This document shows positions 33,795-48,700 of a stretch of DNA of 64,000 bases, piece after piece. Location of the stretch: assembly GCA_043228905.1 (NCBI GenBank), contig JBHGNT010000010.1, positions 1,984,001-2,048,000 on the forward strand, in the 5' to 3' direction. A program made the position numbers and the translations under genes. The DNA is from Azolla caroliniana. Taxonomy: Eukaryota; Plantae; Polypodiophyta. Positions within the stretch are counted from its first letter, which is position 1. Every line of letters begins with the position of its first letter. Under the pieces are notes generated by a model. That model made no database searches. It was not told the DNA's origin and was given only the letters and a program-made list of their open reading frames with translations.

Positions 33795-36700
33795 ACTAAG
33801 TATCAAGTTATATAATTATAAAGTTTGAGAAGATTGAGAAAACAAAACTAAGAGATATCCCACATAGATAGGACAACAATGGATCCCACAGTATATAACG
33901 AAAGTCAGAACATATTACTTTATGTTTATGTGTGAAGCACAGAATGTTCAAGGTGACTTGAGTTGACCTGTGTGGATAAATGGCTTGGATGATTTTGGGT
34001 CGTGGCTAGATTGGCCACGACGCACAATCATGTGCACAATTCGGTCGGATGCGCGGGCGGGTGCACGAGCGCGTGGACGTTTCGAACGGACTCCATATAT
34101 GTTCCACCCTTTTTTTTCTCTAGTTTTTTTCTTCTCTTCTGCTCTCTCCCATTCCTTTCTTCCAAGAATAATCTCTCATATTCATATCGGACCACTCCTT
34201 ACATGGTTGTTGGCTCCTTTCTTTTAAGAATGATCTTTCATATTCATATCCAATCCGTTGTAACATCATTCTAGAATTATAAAGAATCTATTTTCTTTTG
34301 CAAGAAACGAACGTTTTCTCCCACCTACTTGTCTTATGTTTAAATCTTGCTTATGTTGTATGGGTGAGCATTAATTCCTTCCAGTTCATAACCCTGGCGG
34401 TTTCGCCTCACGATCCGCTCATAGTGACGGATTTTCACAGCACCAGATCCGACCCCTCAACCGGACTCACCATCTACGAGGAGGATGGTGCCATCTACTT
34501 CAAACTCGCCACCTATGATCTTGTCCCCTTTGTTCTTCTCATAACCCAAACTAAAAGCTTAATGTAACCGGTTTGCTTTTGCAAATGCAAATGTGCATTG
34601 ATCATAATAAAATAGTTCTTTAGTTTGGATCATGTATTGCTAATGCCTACTTCGTGATACTACCTACCACTACCCAAATTCCCCTTTTATGCTAGAGGAC
34701 CTTATGTTTCAAGAAATTTGTCTTTAGCTAACACTAACTAGACTTCACCACTTTCCAAGGCGAGACATCTTTGTGCAATGCAAACATATTGAAATAATTA
34801 GAAATTACAATGAAAATTATAGGTAATAATAGAGCAAAAATAGATTGACAATGATCATTCTACTCAAATGTATGAGTAATTGGCCATTCAATTACTCGCG
34901 GGTTACATGTATGAGTAATTTTAAGTATACATACTTGCGCGAGCTTAGGCAATAAGTAGAGTATATTGATAATTAGGAAGAATATAAATCATACAATGAT
35001 AGGTCAAATCCCAATGAATTGGGAAAAGTGAATCAGAGTTTTCCCAAAGGGGCTAACACAACTTATACCTTGTATTGTTGCCTTTCCAAGGGTCACTACC
35101 AAGTTCAAACGGGTCACCTTCCTCATGGTGGTGTAATTAATCAAGGGATTGAGCGACATCACTCTCCAATGGCGAATACCACATCACATTTCCACACATA
35201 AAAGCACATATAACCTCTCCACTCCATGCAACAATCATGGCAGCCTCGAATGCATTCTAAGTTAAAGACACCAATCAAGAAATATATTTGTCTTAATTAG
35301 ATCTAGATACTTACAAAATAAGAAAGATATGCACTTTCTCAATTAAATAGGTAATATCTAAGTAAAAAGAAGATGTACATAATATCAAGTTTTGTCATGA
35401 GATCTTTCTCCCCCCTTGACCACAGTATATCACACCATCTAACGGATTGCAAATTAGTGTTCATTAGATAACATCCCATGAGGTAGAACTCATACCATGT
35501 TAGATTAATCTCTTAGCCTAGAGTTCTTTGATTTTCCCAAATCTTTCTTAAGGTCTAAACTATTGCTTGTGGCCTAGTCTAATGGTTGGTTGGTGGTTAT
35601 AACCCTTAACCCGTCACATATAGACCTTGGACATTGCTTCCATTCTAATGCCTTGAATGTAAAGTGTTCTTATAACTCACAAGTAGGCCAAATTGCAATT
35701 CTTTTATATTGCACTAGATATATTTATTCGTAGCTTAGATTGAAGGCTAGACATAGAACCGGGTTTCCTAGGCATTCCCTACGTGAACCCATGAAGACAA
35801 TTAACAACTTTACGGTCAGTGAAGACACATAGCAGTCATACTCAAAGTTGATCACTCAAGAGCTACAAATTACCACAATTTAAAATACACATTCAAACAT
35901 AAGTTTAGACCATAAGCAAGGTAAAGTCATACTTACGAAGAATGTGGTTATATGATTTGCAATTCACAAGTGGATTAAAATTCAATGGGATTCATACTAG
36001 TTATTATTTTTTAGTAAAATGTAAAGTGAGAGGACTTTATGGGTAATGTATATTTTATCATGATTCATAAGCAATGTAAAGTCATAATTAGGAAGAAAGT
36101 GGTTATATAATTTGTAATTTATTGACAACAAAATGGACTACTTGTGATTGATCATAAAGACAAGATAAATAAACTTTAATGAATGTGAACAGTAATGGTC
36201 ATTAATTGTGATAAAATAGCAATGAAAAAAATAAAATATATATATTATTGTTCACAAGTGGCTCTTCCTCTCCTCATTAATCAATGTATAGGTGTGGGAG
36301 CTTACGTAAAGGTCACACTAAATTCAAGTTGTGGTTTAAATTCCATGCAATGATGCTAAAGATGTAACATATTTTAGTATCCTTGCCAAAGCTTGGCTTT
36401 TACATGGATTTTGTTTTATGGAACCACCTTGAGGTAGTTGCAAGTCATGCAAGGATGTACCATTGTCTACCCTTTTGTTCGTGAGATGGGTGAGAGTGAG
36501 TCTCAATCACTCTCGAGCCACTTACACATAGACTAACTACTAAAGCAAACTCTAATCTTACTCTATGACTTAATGATTTATAAAAAACGATACTTTATCA
36601 ATTGACAAAGATGAGAGACTTCACCACATTTCCACGCACTTGATAGAATAGCCAAGCGATAAGAAATCAATCAACTCGGTTTAGTTAGGTTTTTGGGAAA

Positions 36701-36929
36701 ATGAATCAAAAATTTTGCCAAGTTATAAAATAGTTGGAGCCATTTTACATAGGAGGGTAAGAAGAGACTTGGATAAGATTGAGTTTGGGGATATATCCGT
36801 GATTCGGCTTGGCAATGTCACTATGAGGAGTGTGGTGTCAGTACTCAGAGATGATCCTTTTCCCTTCCTCATTCTCACAAACTAGAGCGGACTTCTTAAT
36901 GTAATTGGTTTGTGCATTGATCGTATATA

Positions 36930-37403
36930 AATAAAATGTCCCTTGACGCTCGATCATGTTTCGTCAAATTTGTCATGCCGAGATCTTCATGGAATGCAAA
37001 AACATACGGACACGATTAGAAGTCACAATGACAAAATAGATATATGTAGAAATGAATGGGCAAATTGGAAATTGTTTGTTATAAGCAAAGCCCCCAATAT
37101 CCCCCAATGAATTTGTTTGTGATAGTTTGCAATAGTTAGTATTCAAAGGGTGCAAACTTTGGGTAAATAAAATGTCCCTTGATGCTCGATCATGTTTCGT
37201 CAAATTTGTCATGCCGAGATCTTCATGGAATGCAAAAACATACGGACACGATTAGAAGTCACAATGACAAAATAGATATATGTAGAAATGAATGGGCAAA
37301 TTGGAAATTGTTTGTTATAAGCAAAGCCCCCAATATCCCCCAATGAATTTGTTTGTGATAGTTTGCAATAGTTAGAATTCAAAGGGTGCAAACTTTGGGT
37401 AAA
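36930..37403. repeat. 236-bp tandem duplication
   Basis: Two near-identical copies; the ORF ends at 36973 and 37209 give the period. Confidence 0.92.
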
Positions 37404-39916
37404 GGGGATTCAGTTTAAATCATACAATGATAGGTTAATGATCACATCTCCAATTGTGACCCGCAAACTAGGGTCTTGGGCAGGACCCTTCAGGTTCGAT
37501 TAGGTGCGTCACCAAATGGATTTCCCATCCATGATTAGTGTTCATTAGACAACATCCCATGAGGTAGAACTCATACATATTAAATGAATCTCTCCATCCC
37601 TCTGGGAGCTGCAAAAGAGCCAAGATCTCTCATCTAGAATGTGTTTTTGCTGTCAAGTATCCCATCAACTATCGCAACTCTTGCAATATATATTCTCTAA
37701 TGGAATACATTGCGCTAAAGGTTGGCTCAAAATTATTTTGCACAAAATCTCGATGTTGACCATCAGGCTCTTCCAAAAGAAACAACATAGATAGGGGTGT
37801 CATAATTCAAGATTCTAGGTTAAATCACAGCCAGCATGTTGTGTCGAATCGAAAGCAGTACTCCACAAGAGAGAATGCTTGTATTATACAATCCTGAGTG
37901 TGGAAACAGCATTCTGTGGGCAGTCCAGCATAACCAATGCCAACATATACAACTACAGATCTGGGATCATGGTCATATACAACTACCCATTTGGACCTTT
38001 ACACTATACCGTGACAAGTGCAAAGTGTACACCTACTCTGGTCTTGAATGCTCATTTGACTACATATGTATCATGAGAAGATCACAGAGTACACCTACTC
38101 TTATACCCATGTGTCATGCCAAGAGCAAACAGTATACTTACTTTAGTCTTGAATGCTTTCTCTCTCATTGAAAGAGAAAGAGAAAGAGAAAGAGAGTGGG
38201 GGGTAGAATGGTGATGCTTCTGGGTAAATGGGGTTTCCACTGATTGAATGTGTGTGTACATGATGTCCAATGGCCTAGGTTTTACAAGAATGTATATCGA
38301 TATGTATCCCTCGTGTGTGCACGCAGCGCATGTGTGTACATGAAGAGTTTTCCCCAATGTCTGTATATAGCATTGACATGAAAGAAGTGCTCATTTTTTT
38401 ACGGGTATTAGAAAGTACTCCATTCCATTTGTTAGTAGATAGCCTTGGAACCTAAATGATTTTGTGCAGAGATTGTACATTACAATCTATTGTTGGATCA
38501 AGATCTTTTTCTACGCTTCTTCGAAGAAGACAAGAGGTGAATGTGTCATGCATCAAAGCCTTTATTTACTCCACAAAGTCAGAATCACCAAGCCAAGAGT
38601 GACCCTTGGAAAAAGTCCTAACAACTATGAATGCTACCTTTTTAGTGACATTTGCACCATGAATTCTATGTATTATTATAATTTACGGAGAGAGCGATGT
38701 AAAGCTTGACAAAGTTTACATAGTGATCGCTTAAAAGAGGCATTTGACCAAATAAAACAAAAAAGAACTCAATAAACAAACACCCGTTCACAAATCCTAA
38801 ATGGGACTAAAGGAAACCAGTATTCACACTTTGGTCTAAGTATGCTCAACTTTTCATAGGAGCAACATTATGCAGCACGTCTTTAAACAGTAAAAGAACC
38901 AGAGGTATAAGGCAGGGATGACAAACATTGTACTATTAAGAAATCTCTTCAAGAGTAGTTCATTATAAATTTACTTACTTTCACATCACATCTACTATTT
39001 AAATTTTACACAACACAAATACATACATAACCATGGTACATCTGGGTACCAATCAATATATATGTATAGTAATTTTCAAAACACACATCACCCTCGTCAC
39101 GTTCCTAACTTGGTTTCACAACATCACACATTCCCACATATAAATACTAAAAATATATCATTATTCCAGAAGACTAAACGATCAAACAAATATGCTAGTG
39201 AAGACTAAAGGATGATAGATGGAAAACATTAAGACAATGTCCAATCCAACAAACCAACTTAAAAAAGGCATTGACTTTTATTGATCCAAAATCCAATACA
39301 TGGACACAAACAATCCAATCCAATTAAGTGCTTGCCCTTTTAGCCTTTCCCAATTCTTAGTGTAGTAAAAAAAGCAAACAAGATCTTAATATTATATCAC
39401 TCAAGCAAATATCGATTGAAAGTGGGCCATGTGCCAGCATCTTATTCCTTTGGGTTGATGTTTTTGCAAGTTTGTAAGCTTTAAATGACCATGTTCTCTC
39501 TCTTTAGTGATCTTCAGTTCTGGAATAGCATCAATGTTCTGTCGATTGAGAAAGATGGGGTTTTCTTACATCATTGAATATCAATTGCATTCATCTAGTG
39601 ATGAGCATTATTGTTTACCTAGCCTATAAAACAAATACTTCATTAGAAACGAGAGATTTATGAACATAAAATATGATGATGAATTTGGAGAGGGTGCTGA
39701 TAGCCAATCACAGCATATAGCCATGGATAGACCAAGGGACTCATCAACACATACATAGATAGGATATATGCAGTGATTGATGATGAGAGACCATGTGTCA
39801 TGTATATAGAGAAAAGTTAAGGCTCTTCTTTTATGCCCACATATATTTATGTGTATATATTAAATAGAATAGATAGATTGGAATGGGTGGGGTTGGGTTT
39901 GGTGGTAATTCCAATT

Positions 39917-42068
39917 TTATCTCATTGAGACATGGGTCTTGAGGCCATGTGCCATGTAAAGCACAACCATCATGCTATACTTGAGTGGGTGCCCTTCTAC
40001 GATCTCGAACAAGAAATACTTCAGTAATAGGATCGTTGTCATCTTCATTTGGAGGTATGCTGAATCCTTGCCAATGCACATCCTCGGCCCCGCCTACGGA
40101 AAAATAAGAAAGGAAGGTACAAAACAGTGTGTCAATGTCATGTTCAGAATGTGTCCATACAACTTGAGTGCAAGTAGTATGCTGACTACCAAACCCATCA
40201 TCAGTAATAGGAGAGTACTATCCACTCTCAAGCTACCGTTTAATGCATCACATTGCTAAACTACTGCACCTGAAATGCTGTGAGCTTGAAAGGAGATGGA
40301 GTTTGGAAGACTCCGTCCTTGAGCCATCGTTCAGGCTTGAATTCAAGCGCATCCGGTCCCCATAATGACTCAAGCCTTCCCATTGCATAAGGACTATAGC
40401 TAACAAAGTTCCCGGCTTTGATCTTAGTGCCATCAGGAAATACATCGTCGTTAACCGCCATCTTTGATTCCTATGATAGATATATCATCGCAAAACCATA
40501 TTAATATACATTACTGGTACGGAGAATCAGTATATAAATGGCCCGAAAAGCCCTGACAATTTAGAGTTGAAGCACATACCAAAGGGACAGCCGGATATAG
40601 GCGTAGGGCTTCAGTGATGGCAGCATGAAGATAATGCATCTTATTGAGGGCTTGGTAATTCAACAGATTCGCAAACTCGTACATATCTTTACTAATACCG
40701 TCATTCTCGAATTCGGCAAATGTGGTTGATGCTCCACCATTGCATCGAGAATTATAGCCATTAGTCGATCCGCATTTCTTCACATCCTTGAGAATGGCCT
40801 CAGTTTCATTGAGAATGTTATCTACCACACGAGGGCTTCTGGATAGCATTGAGAAAAGCCACGACAGCGTAAGGGATGTCGTATCCCGACCGGCAATGAT
40901 GAAGTTTATGACAACATCTCGGAGCTGCTTGTCGCTATAAGGTAAACCTTCGTCATTTGAGAGGCTCATGAACCTCGAGAGCAAGTCTTCTCTCTAAAGC
41001 ATGGACACAAACAAATATGCATTTAGACATGCTAATTCAGTTTACCTTTCAAACAACACAAATTTGCATTTAGACATGTTAATTGAGTACTCAGCTCTAT
41101 CCATACCTCCTCTACTCGGGCTCCAATGTCTTCCCGAGAAGTCTTGATCTCGGCACGCCGGGTGTTGATGACCCCGTAGATAAAAGTATTCACGCACTCG
41201 ACACACTCTCGGAGCTTAGCTTCGCCGCCCACATTGAGAAACCTCTTGATCTTCCAAGTGTAATCGACATAACGGCGGATAATTAGCTTATTGGAATCAT
41301 CAAAAGCTTTAGCAAAAGGGAGCTCAGGCAGCTCAGGCGACAAGCTCCCGAGATCAACACCGAACCCAATCTTGCAGATGGTGTCAAGGGTAAGGCGCAT
41401 GAATAAATCCTTGAAACAGCAGAGATTTGAGAATGTATTAGATTCAGACGGGTAATTAAGGACTACTTAAACAAACATGGATGGATGGAGGTATAAACTA
41501 TGAGATTTAGGGTTTCCATACTTGCATGTCGACAACACGATGGTTTTTCGAGGATTCGATCAATATGCCGACTAGCTTGAGGGCCTGTCTTCGAAATGCA
41601 TGAGTACTGTAGTCCCTTAGCTTACCAGAAGAGAATTCGAGGATGGCCACTTTCCTCTGGCGGAGCCATTTCTCACCATCGACATTGAAGATACCATGGC
41701 CCATCATGTCCACAAATCGCTCGTGTATGAGGTGACCCTGCCAATCAGTAGAGTTTCATCGTCAAACCCTAATCCTCTATACATAGGTACAGACAGACAG
41801 ACAGACACATGGAAAACGTCTATGTCCACCCCTAGATCATATGAATCCATGAATCACAGAACATAAAGAACACCTGCACATTGCCAGTAAAAACACAGGA
41901 TTCATATATGAACTGCGAACCCCCCCGCCCCACACACACACACACACACACATACACAAACCCTAAAACCATCAATGCCTATGCAGATCAGACAATTACA
42001 GGCAAGATACAGAGGCGTACGTAGAGAGCAAGAAGGAAAGGAGAAGCACAATGTATGTAGGAGGGAAC

Positions 42069-42100
<32 letters not shown>

Positions 42101-42637
42101 AGAGCAAGCAGAATTGCATGGATATAGATAATTAAGGATGGATAAGGATGGATTAGGATTAACCTTAGGGTAATTGGCAAAGTTGGTTTTGAGAATGTGC
42201 TCCACGTTGGAAGGGTCGCAGGTGAAGGTGTTATTGATGGAGACCATGGGCACAGAGAAGGTGGAGATCCGCTTGCAATAGAAGAGGAGCCAGTCGTGGA
42301 GGTTGTCGAAGTTGCGAGCTTGCTCCACGATGCAGCCGATGAGGGGCCATGTCCTGGGGCCTTTGTACTTCCTGGCCGTCTGGATGGCGCGGTGGACCAG
42401 GACCCAGGAGAGGGCGAAGAGCGAGAGGGCGAAGAAGCAGAAGGGGAGGAGGGACAGGGACGAAGAGAAGGAGGGGCCAGAGAGCAGCAGGGGCGGCGGC
42501 GGCGGCAGGACATGGTGGCGATGGTGGTGGCGATGGCGATGGAGGTGGCTGTTGAGCATGGCGTGCGGCCATGGGAGCTTGAGCTCACGGAGGAGGAGTG
42601 CAGAGAGGAGGGTGGTGCGGGGAGCTGGAGTTTCCAT
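39917..42637 (-). CDS. CYP704B: Cytochrome P450, CYP86 clan, CYP704B-like fatty-acid omega-hydroxylase (~594 aa)
   Basis: Exons 42637-42164, 41737-41522, 41409-41107, 40993-40580, 40470-40270, 40093-39917; GT-AG introns, all phase 0. Motifs KGPRTWPLIG, AGRDTT, EALR, PERW and heme loop FQAGPRMCIGKDSAYLQMK. The subfamily call is from motif recall. Confidence 0.9.
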
Positions 42638-42728
42638 GGAACCTTCCAAGTTCCTTTCAGAGGAGCGCAGAGCAGAGCAGAACAGAGCAGAGAAGAGCAG
42701 AGGTTTTAGGGTGAGCTCGGCATTACCT

Positions 42729-42732
<4 letters not shown>

Positions 42733-42768
<36 letters not shown>

Positions 42769-42978
42769 AGAGAGACAGAGACAGTAAAGAAGTGAGACCG
42801 AATTGGGGGTGGGGAGTGAGCTTAATAATGATGCCACGGACAGCAGGAACAGAGCAGGGTAGAGAGAGAAAGAAGAGAGAGAGAGAGAGAGAGAGAGATG
42901 TAGAGAGAGAGAGAGCTCATTTAATGCGGCGGTGAGAGACGGAGAGAGACCACCCTCCCTATCCGTGCTGTGCAGCTG

Positions 42979-43009
<31 letters not shown>
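42733..43009. repeat. (GA)n and (CT)n microsatellites upstream of the P450
   Basis: GA runs at about 42733-42763 and 42860-42915; CT run at about 42980-43009. Confidence 0.9.
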
Positions 43010-43011
<2 letters not shown>

Positions 43012-43699
43012 ATATTTATCTGCTTTCCCGGCTTTCCTCTGCTTTTTCCCGCCGGGTTTTTGCTTTGATCAAAACCGGCGGTTTTCTTCGGCCGCCGCCT
43101 GCTTTTTCTCAGCCTCTCTCCTTTTCTTAGCTTTTTTCTTCTTTCTTTCTTCCTTCTCGCCACGCCCCCCGGTTTCCCGCTCCGTGCGTTTTGCGTTTTG
43201 CTTTCCCGGCCCTTCGGTTCCTCTCCCTGCCCGTACGCCCGCGCCGAGCGGGGCCTCTGCCGCTTCTGCTGCCCGCCCGCCGTTCCTCCGTACACCGGCG
43301 CCGAATTTCATGAGTCTGGGCAGACTGGCGTGGCGTCCATTGCAGTGGCTCTAGTTTTTTTGCTTTTTCCTTTTTTGCTTTTGCTTTTGCTTTTTTGACT
43401 CTCAATTAATCCCCCTCTTTTTCCCCTCTTCGCCTTTTTTGCTTTTCCTTGTCGAACTCCCATTCAATTAAATTGCTTTTTATCTCATTTATGTTTGTGT
43501 CGTTTTTTTCCCCCTCTTATTTCTCTTGCTTTGTATATGTATATGTACATATATATATATATATATATAATATATCCATTAAAAGCATCTTTTTTCCAAA
43601 ACCCTTTTTGTTTTGGTTTTTTTTATCTCATTTATCTTTTGGTCAATCTCCAATTTGTGACAATTTTATTTTATTTATTGTTTAACAATCTTTTTATCT

Positions 43700-43948
43700 C
43701 CAGTTATTAACTTATTTATTCCTTTTTATTACTATTTATCTATTTACTTTATCGTTTATTTTTATCTGTTATTTATTATTATTTGTTTGTTTGTTATTTA
43801 CTATTATTTATTATTATTTATGTACTGTATTTATTTGTTTGTTCTTATTTTGATTTATAGTTTGTTGTTTTCTCTTATATTTTATTATAATATTACTTTT
43901 TATTTATTTTATTTGTTTATTTATTTATTTATTTATTTGTTTGTTTGT

Positions 43949-43995
<47 letters not shown>

Positions 43996-44060
43996 TTTTA
44001 TTACCTTTTATTTATTTTATTCGTTTGATTATTTATTTTTAATTACTTATTTATACACTT
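43700..44060. repeat. (TTTA)n-rich low-complexity tract
   Basis: Repeated TTTA/TTTG units. Confidence 0.9.
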
Positions 44061-45275
44061 AATTGGTTTTAATTTGTTTGGGTCTTTGTGGAATTTGCCT
44101 TTATCGGAAACATTGTTTTCTTAAGTTGAATTCTGCTTTCTGCTTTCTGCTTTTTGCGCCAAGTTAAACATTGAAATCTTCTCTCTTTTGAATCCTCTCT
44201 CTACTTGTCAATGTCGTTGCTTCTTCGTGCATCCTATGTGAACTCTAAATAAACGTTTGTTTTGTCGCCTCGACCATGCGAAAACAAGGAAGAAAAAAGA
44301 AAACTTACTGATGATTGGGTGTCGAGATGCAATATGAATGGGAGGGATGTTTAAGAGAAAATGGCGAATGATTTTGTTCCATATATATTAAATCGACAAG
44401 GTCAGAAATTATAACCAATGTGTAACTAAACAAGGGTACCATTTTTTTTACAAGAAAACCCACAACCATATCCCTATTGAGATTTAATAGCATGTCATGC
44501 GGCATTAAACATTGTGTTTTCAATTCCAGTCTTGCATTGTTACATACCATAGTTTTACAACACATAAGAGAACTTTTGAGTTAGTTAGGACCACTCTGAA
44601 GTCCCACTTTACTAAATAGTAAAGCACCACTCCATTCATAGTTCCATCTAAGATCTAAATCAATCGCAAACCCTTTGGTATTAGTGGCTTTAATGATGGC
44701 AGTAGTACAGCCATGAGTTACAGTTGTGTAGAATCCAAACTCTTTAACCAATGTTTTTCCACTTGCTAAGTTGACATGCATTCCGGTGTTTGACGAGCTT
44801 TCTTTTCATGGATCAATAATAAGAGAAAATAGTGCAAGTCTTTATAAATATAGATATATATATTATATAATTTGACATTTAAGTTGTGTGATTTCCCATG
44901 ATAATGGTTTCTAACTTGCATTTTAGTAAATGGAGGCCTCTCTTTTTCCCGAACACTGTAGTTGTTTGAAAAATTAGTGTTTTATTTATTGATCTTTTGA
45001 TTTTGACTAGTTGTCACCTTCCAGTTTTCGGTGCATCAATATCTTGTGCCATATTGGGCCCATATAACTTCAAGTCATTTGTTTGTATTTTCATGATTGT
45101 GATACATCAATTTTTCATCCCACATTTGACTTCGGGTTATTCTTTTGGGGCCCATATTACTTCAAAGTAATTATTCCAATTTGGCCTTGTATAGGTTCAA
45201 AGTCCTACTCCGTGAACAAAAATGTAAATATAATCTTCTTACCTCTCTCTTTGTATGACCTCAAGTAATTCCCAC

Positions 45276-45741
45276 TAGCAATGGGCGTGGTTCGGTTTCC
45301 TAGCCTTGAAACCAAACCAAACTAAACTAAACCATTTATTTATATTAAAAACCAAACCAAACTATTTAAATTTTATGAAGCCATTTAAACCGGACCGTTA
45401 TATCAAACCGTTTATGAAACATTTAGAACCAAACCAAATCGGTTTATCATAAATCAAAACCAAACCAAATTTATAAACCGATAAACCTTTAAACCTTTAA
45501 ACCAAACCACATAAGCCGAAACCGCTAAACTGCTAAACCGTGAAATTCAAAACCAAACCGAAGCGAAACCGATAAACCGATTAGCCGCTAAACCGTTAAA
45601 CCATGAAATTCAAAACCAAACCAAAACGGATCATAATATTTGAAACTAAACCAAACGGTTTATTCATCTTTGAACCAATAAACCGTTAAGCCATGGCTTA
45701 ACGGTTCGGTTTGGTTTGAGCCAAAACCATGCCCTTTGCTA
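45276..45741. mobile_element. hAT-type MITE
   Basis: TIRs TAGCAATGGGCGTGGTT / AACCATGCCCTTTGCTA. 8-bp TSD ATTCCCAC/TTTCCCAC. Many AAACC(G) subterminal motifs. Confidence 0.88.
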
Positions 45742-48700
45742 TTTCCCACGTCATTGCATATGTCCTTATGACTTCAAGTCATTACTCCAAGTAGACATTG
45801 CTATTATTTGTCCAATTCTTTCCCCACATGACTTCGAGTTATTTTGATGTTATTCTTGTAGATCCATATAATGTTAACTTATTCCATCATGGAACATGAG
45901 TATTCACTCACTTCTTTGCCAACGAAACTGTCAAGTTAAAGTTCCATAATATTCCACATATTACATGACTTCATTTCCTTCATCCATGGACTCATATGAG
46001 TTCAAGCCCTTAATACATTGACCCACATGACTTCGAGTAATTCCATTAACGATTGCAAGTATTCACACACTACTCCCCAAATAGGTTATGAATTGCTCCC
46101 CAGTAATGTCAAGTCTTTCTTACATTATCCCCGTGAACCCAAATGACGTCAAGTAATTATTATGTGGACTCTTATGAGCTTGAGGTACTCCACCAATCAA
46201 AGTAGGTATATGCCCACTTCTCCCCCAACATGTTATTCCCATGTTATTTCCATGGGCAAGCTAAGCTATATAAATTTGAGCTACTCCATTGACCAACATA
46301 AATATTCACTACTTCTCTCTCCACATAGTTTCTAGTTATTTCATCAATTGTAAAGTACTTCCCAACATGATGTTAAGTTATTCCCATGGACCAATGCAAA
46401 TTCGACTTATTCCAAGAAACATACGTATACATGACTTCAAGTGAGTCCACATTAACTTTACTATACAAGCCCATATGATCTCAAGTCATTATTTTGTGAC
46501 CAATATAACATCAAGTTACTACACATACAACAATATGTATGCTACCACTTCCCTCTCACATATTTGTTTGTGACTTTGCATAGTGGGTCACATCTATAAA
46601 CATCGTTCTTATCGGGCCTTGACAACTCATTCTCCCCCTTTTTAGTTAACCCTACACCTTCAGGCATGTCACAACATCATATGCTCTTATGTTTTCTTAT
46701 GTTTCTAATAATGGTATACTGTGCCCACCTTATTAATGCCATTCATGGCTAATGAATGGTATAGAATATGTCCTTTTTTACATACGCCCCAATTTAGGTA
46801 GGTCCCCACAATGTTAATTTGTGTATTTTTGTTTCTTTTTACTCTATTTATTTCTATGGTTATTTCTATCCTACCCATGTTACCCATTCTTACAAAGAAT
46901 GCTATAGAACCTATCAAGTTCTTAGGTTAGTCGCCACCTTGAGACATCAATAATTAAGTGGTTGCTCAACCCCAAACATGGTCGGAACACGTTATACACT
47001 CATTAAGCTCAATGGAAACAATGAGTCTTAACCATATATACTTACCTTTTAGGGGGCTAAAACTATTCAATATCTAGAGACAATAGTACTAAGCAGTTGA
47101 GGTGTAGGGCCCAACTTGATTTCCTGGGCTTAATGGATGTGTATGTGTGTCCAAAGTGATAGATATTTTTCTCATGCTTTGATTACTAGGTAGGCGTATT
47201 TCAAATCCTCAACATGTGACTTTTCATTCTTTCTAAGGAATGACTTTTCTCACACCCTCAACACAATTATTGGTTAAACTCGAAAGAACTTTCCCTTGTT
47301 GAAAGGTATGTATCATCATTGTCCTCTTTCTAATTACCACATAGTGGTCAAGAAGTTTATGCATTTATTCGGCATTCGTCCCTAATGCCTCACCTCTTAT
47401 TAGTTCTTCATCACATGAGATTTAGTCAAATTGTCACCTCGATGAGGCATATAAACTCCTATGCTCTTCTTAATTCTTCACAATTAAATTTCATTAAGCA
47501 AGGTTGACTTTTGACAATTGGGTCCTTTCTCCCACCTTCCAAAAGGCATTTCCATTTAGGCCAATCTCTGTCTCTGTCTCTGTCTCTCGTATTTTGCAAA
47601 TGTATGTTTATATTATAACAAGATAACGACAAAAACTTATGGCAAGATAAAACCTCTAACATCAAGGCAAATCCTTCGAGATAGGGTGCCCCATAGGTCT
47701 TACTTGCAAAAATTGCCAAATCAAGTTTTGCCTTTAAACCTACACACTTCTTGTACACTAGGGAGACCATCAAACCACAACCCATTTTTGAAACTACCAC
47801 ATACCCCAAACCTATGGTAGTGGAAAAACAACCTTATATGAAATGGGGAGGGACCAAGGTAATGCTCTTGGCTCTTTTAATGAAAACCCATTGCAAGGGC
47901 GACATAACATCCCCAATTAATGATGCCCAAAGTCTAGATATAACAATCTGAAATTGCCTTAGCAATTGGGCATGTAAGAAACTTGTGCCTAACATCCTCC
48001 CCATCAATGTGTAGAAAAGAAACATGCCTCATTGGAAATATGTCAATGATCTAAAAGTCTCTACCAAAGGAAATCCACACACCATTGCCAATGAAAAAAT
48101 GACTTTCACACAATGGCAAATGAGAATGCCATCTTGAATCTAATAACGGGCACCACCATTGTAAATGGGACCTTGATTAAGGCAAATTTTATAATCAACA
48201 TTAGCATGGGCAGACTTCATAATCAACCCTATTAAGTTCTATTTGCAATCAACTGATAATGAACATACTGGTGCACAATGCTAGTATTGATTTCTTATCA
48301 TCAAATAACCAATCCTTCCAAGGCTCCTCTACCACCAATTCTTAAATGGGTATGCACTAGTATGTGTATGCAATATAAATCACGTTGAGAAAAGAGGATT
48401 CGGCCTTGTAGATTGTGGAGTGTTAGTCCCAAATAAGCGATCCATGAAAGGTCTTTCTACTACAATACCAATAGAATGATTGTAATGGCAATTTTTGAAT
48501 CTGATTGTAATGACATGCTATGACTGCAAATATATTTGGAACTTTGGTTGGTTCTACGTTATGCATGGAGATGCATTTGAAATAGATTCCCATTAGCTTT
48601 CGTCGATGACTTGGAAAAGTCTTCCAATACAAGCAGTAGAAAGGGCATGAAGGAAAATTTATAAAAGAATACTATCAGATATCAATGTCAAACAATCAAA

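Noticed and set aside
43449-44062. Hydrophobic F/I/Y/L ORFs
   Set aside because: Products of the (TTTA)n low-complexity tract.
47450-48330. Possible LINE C-terminal remnant
   Set aside because: Only vague Cys/Trp-rich fragments and no diagnostic RT or endonuclease motif.
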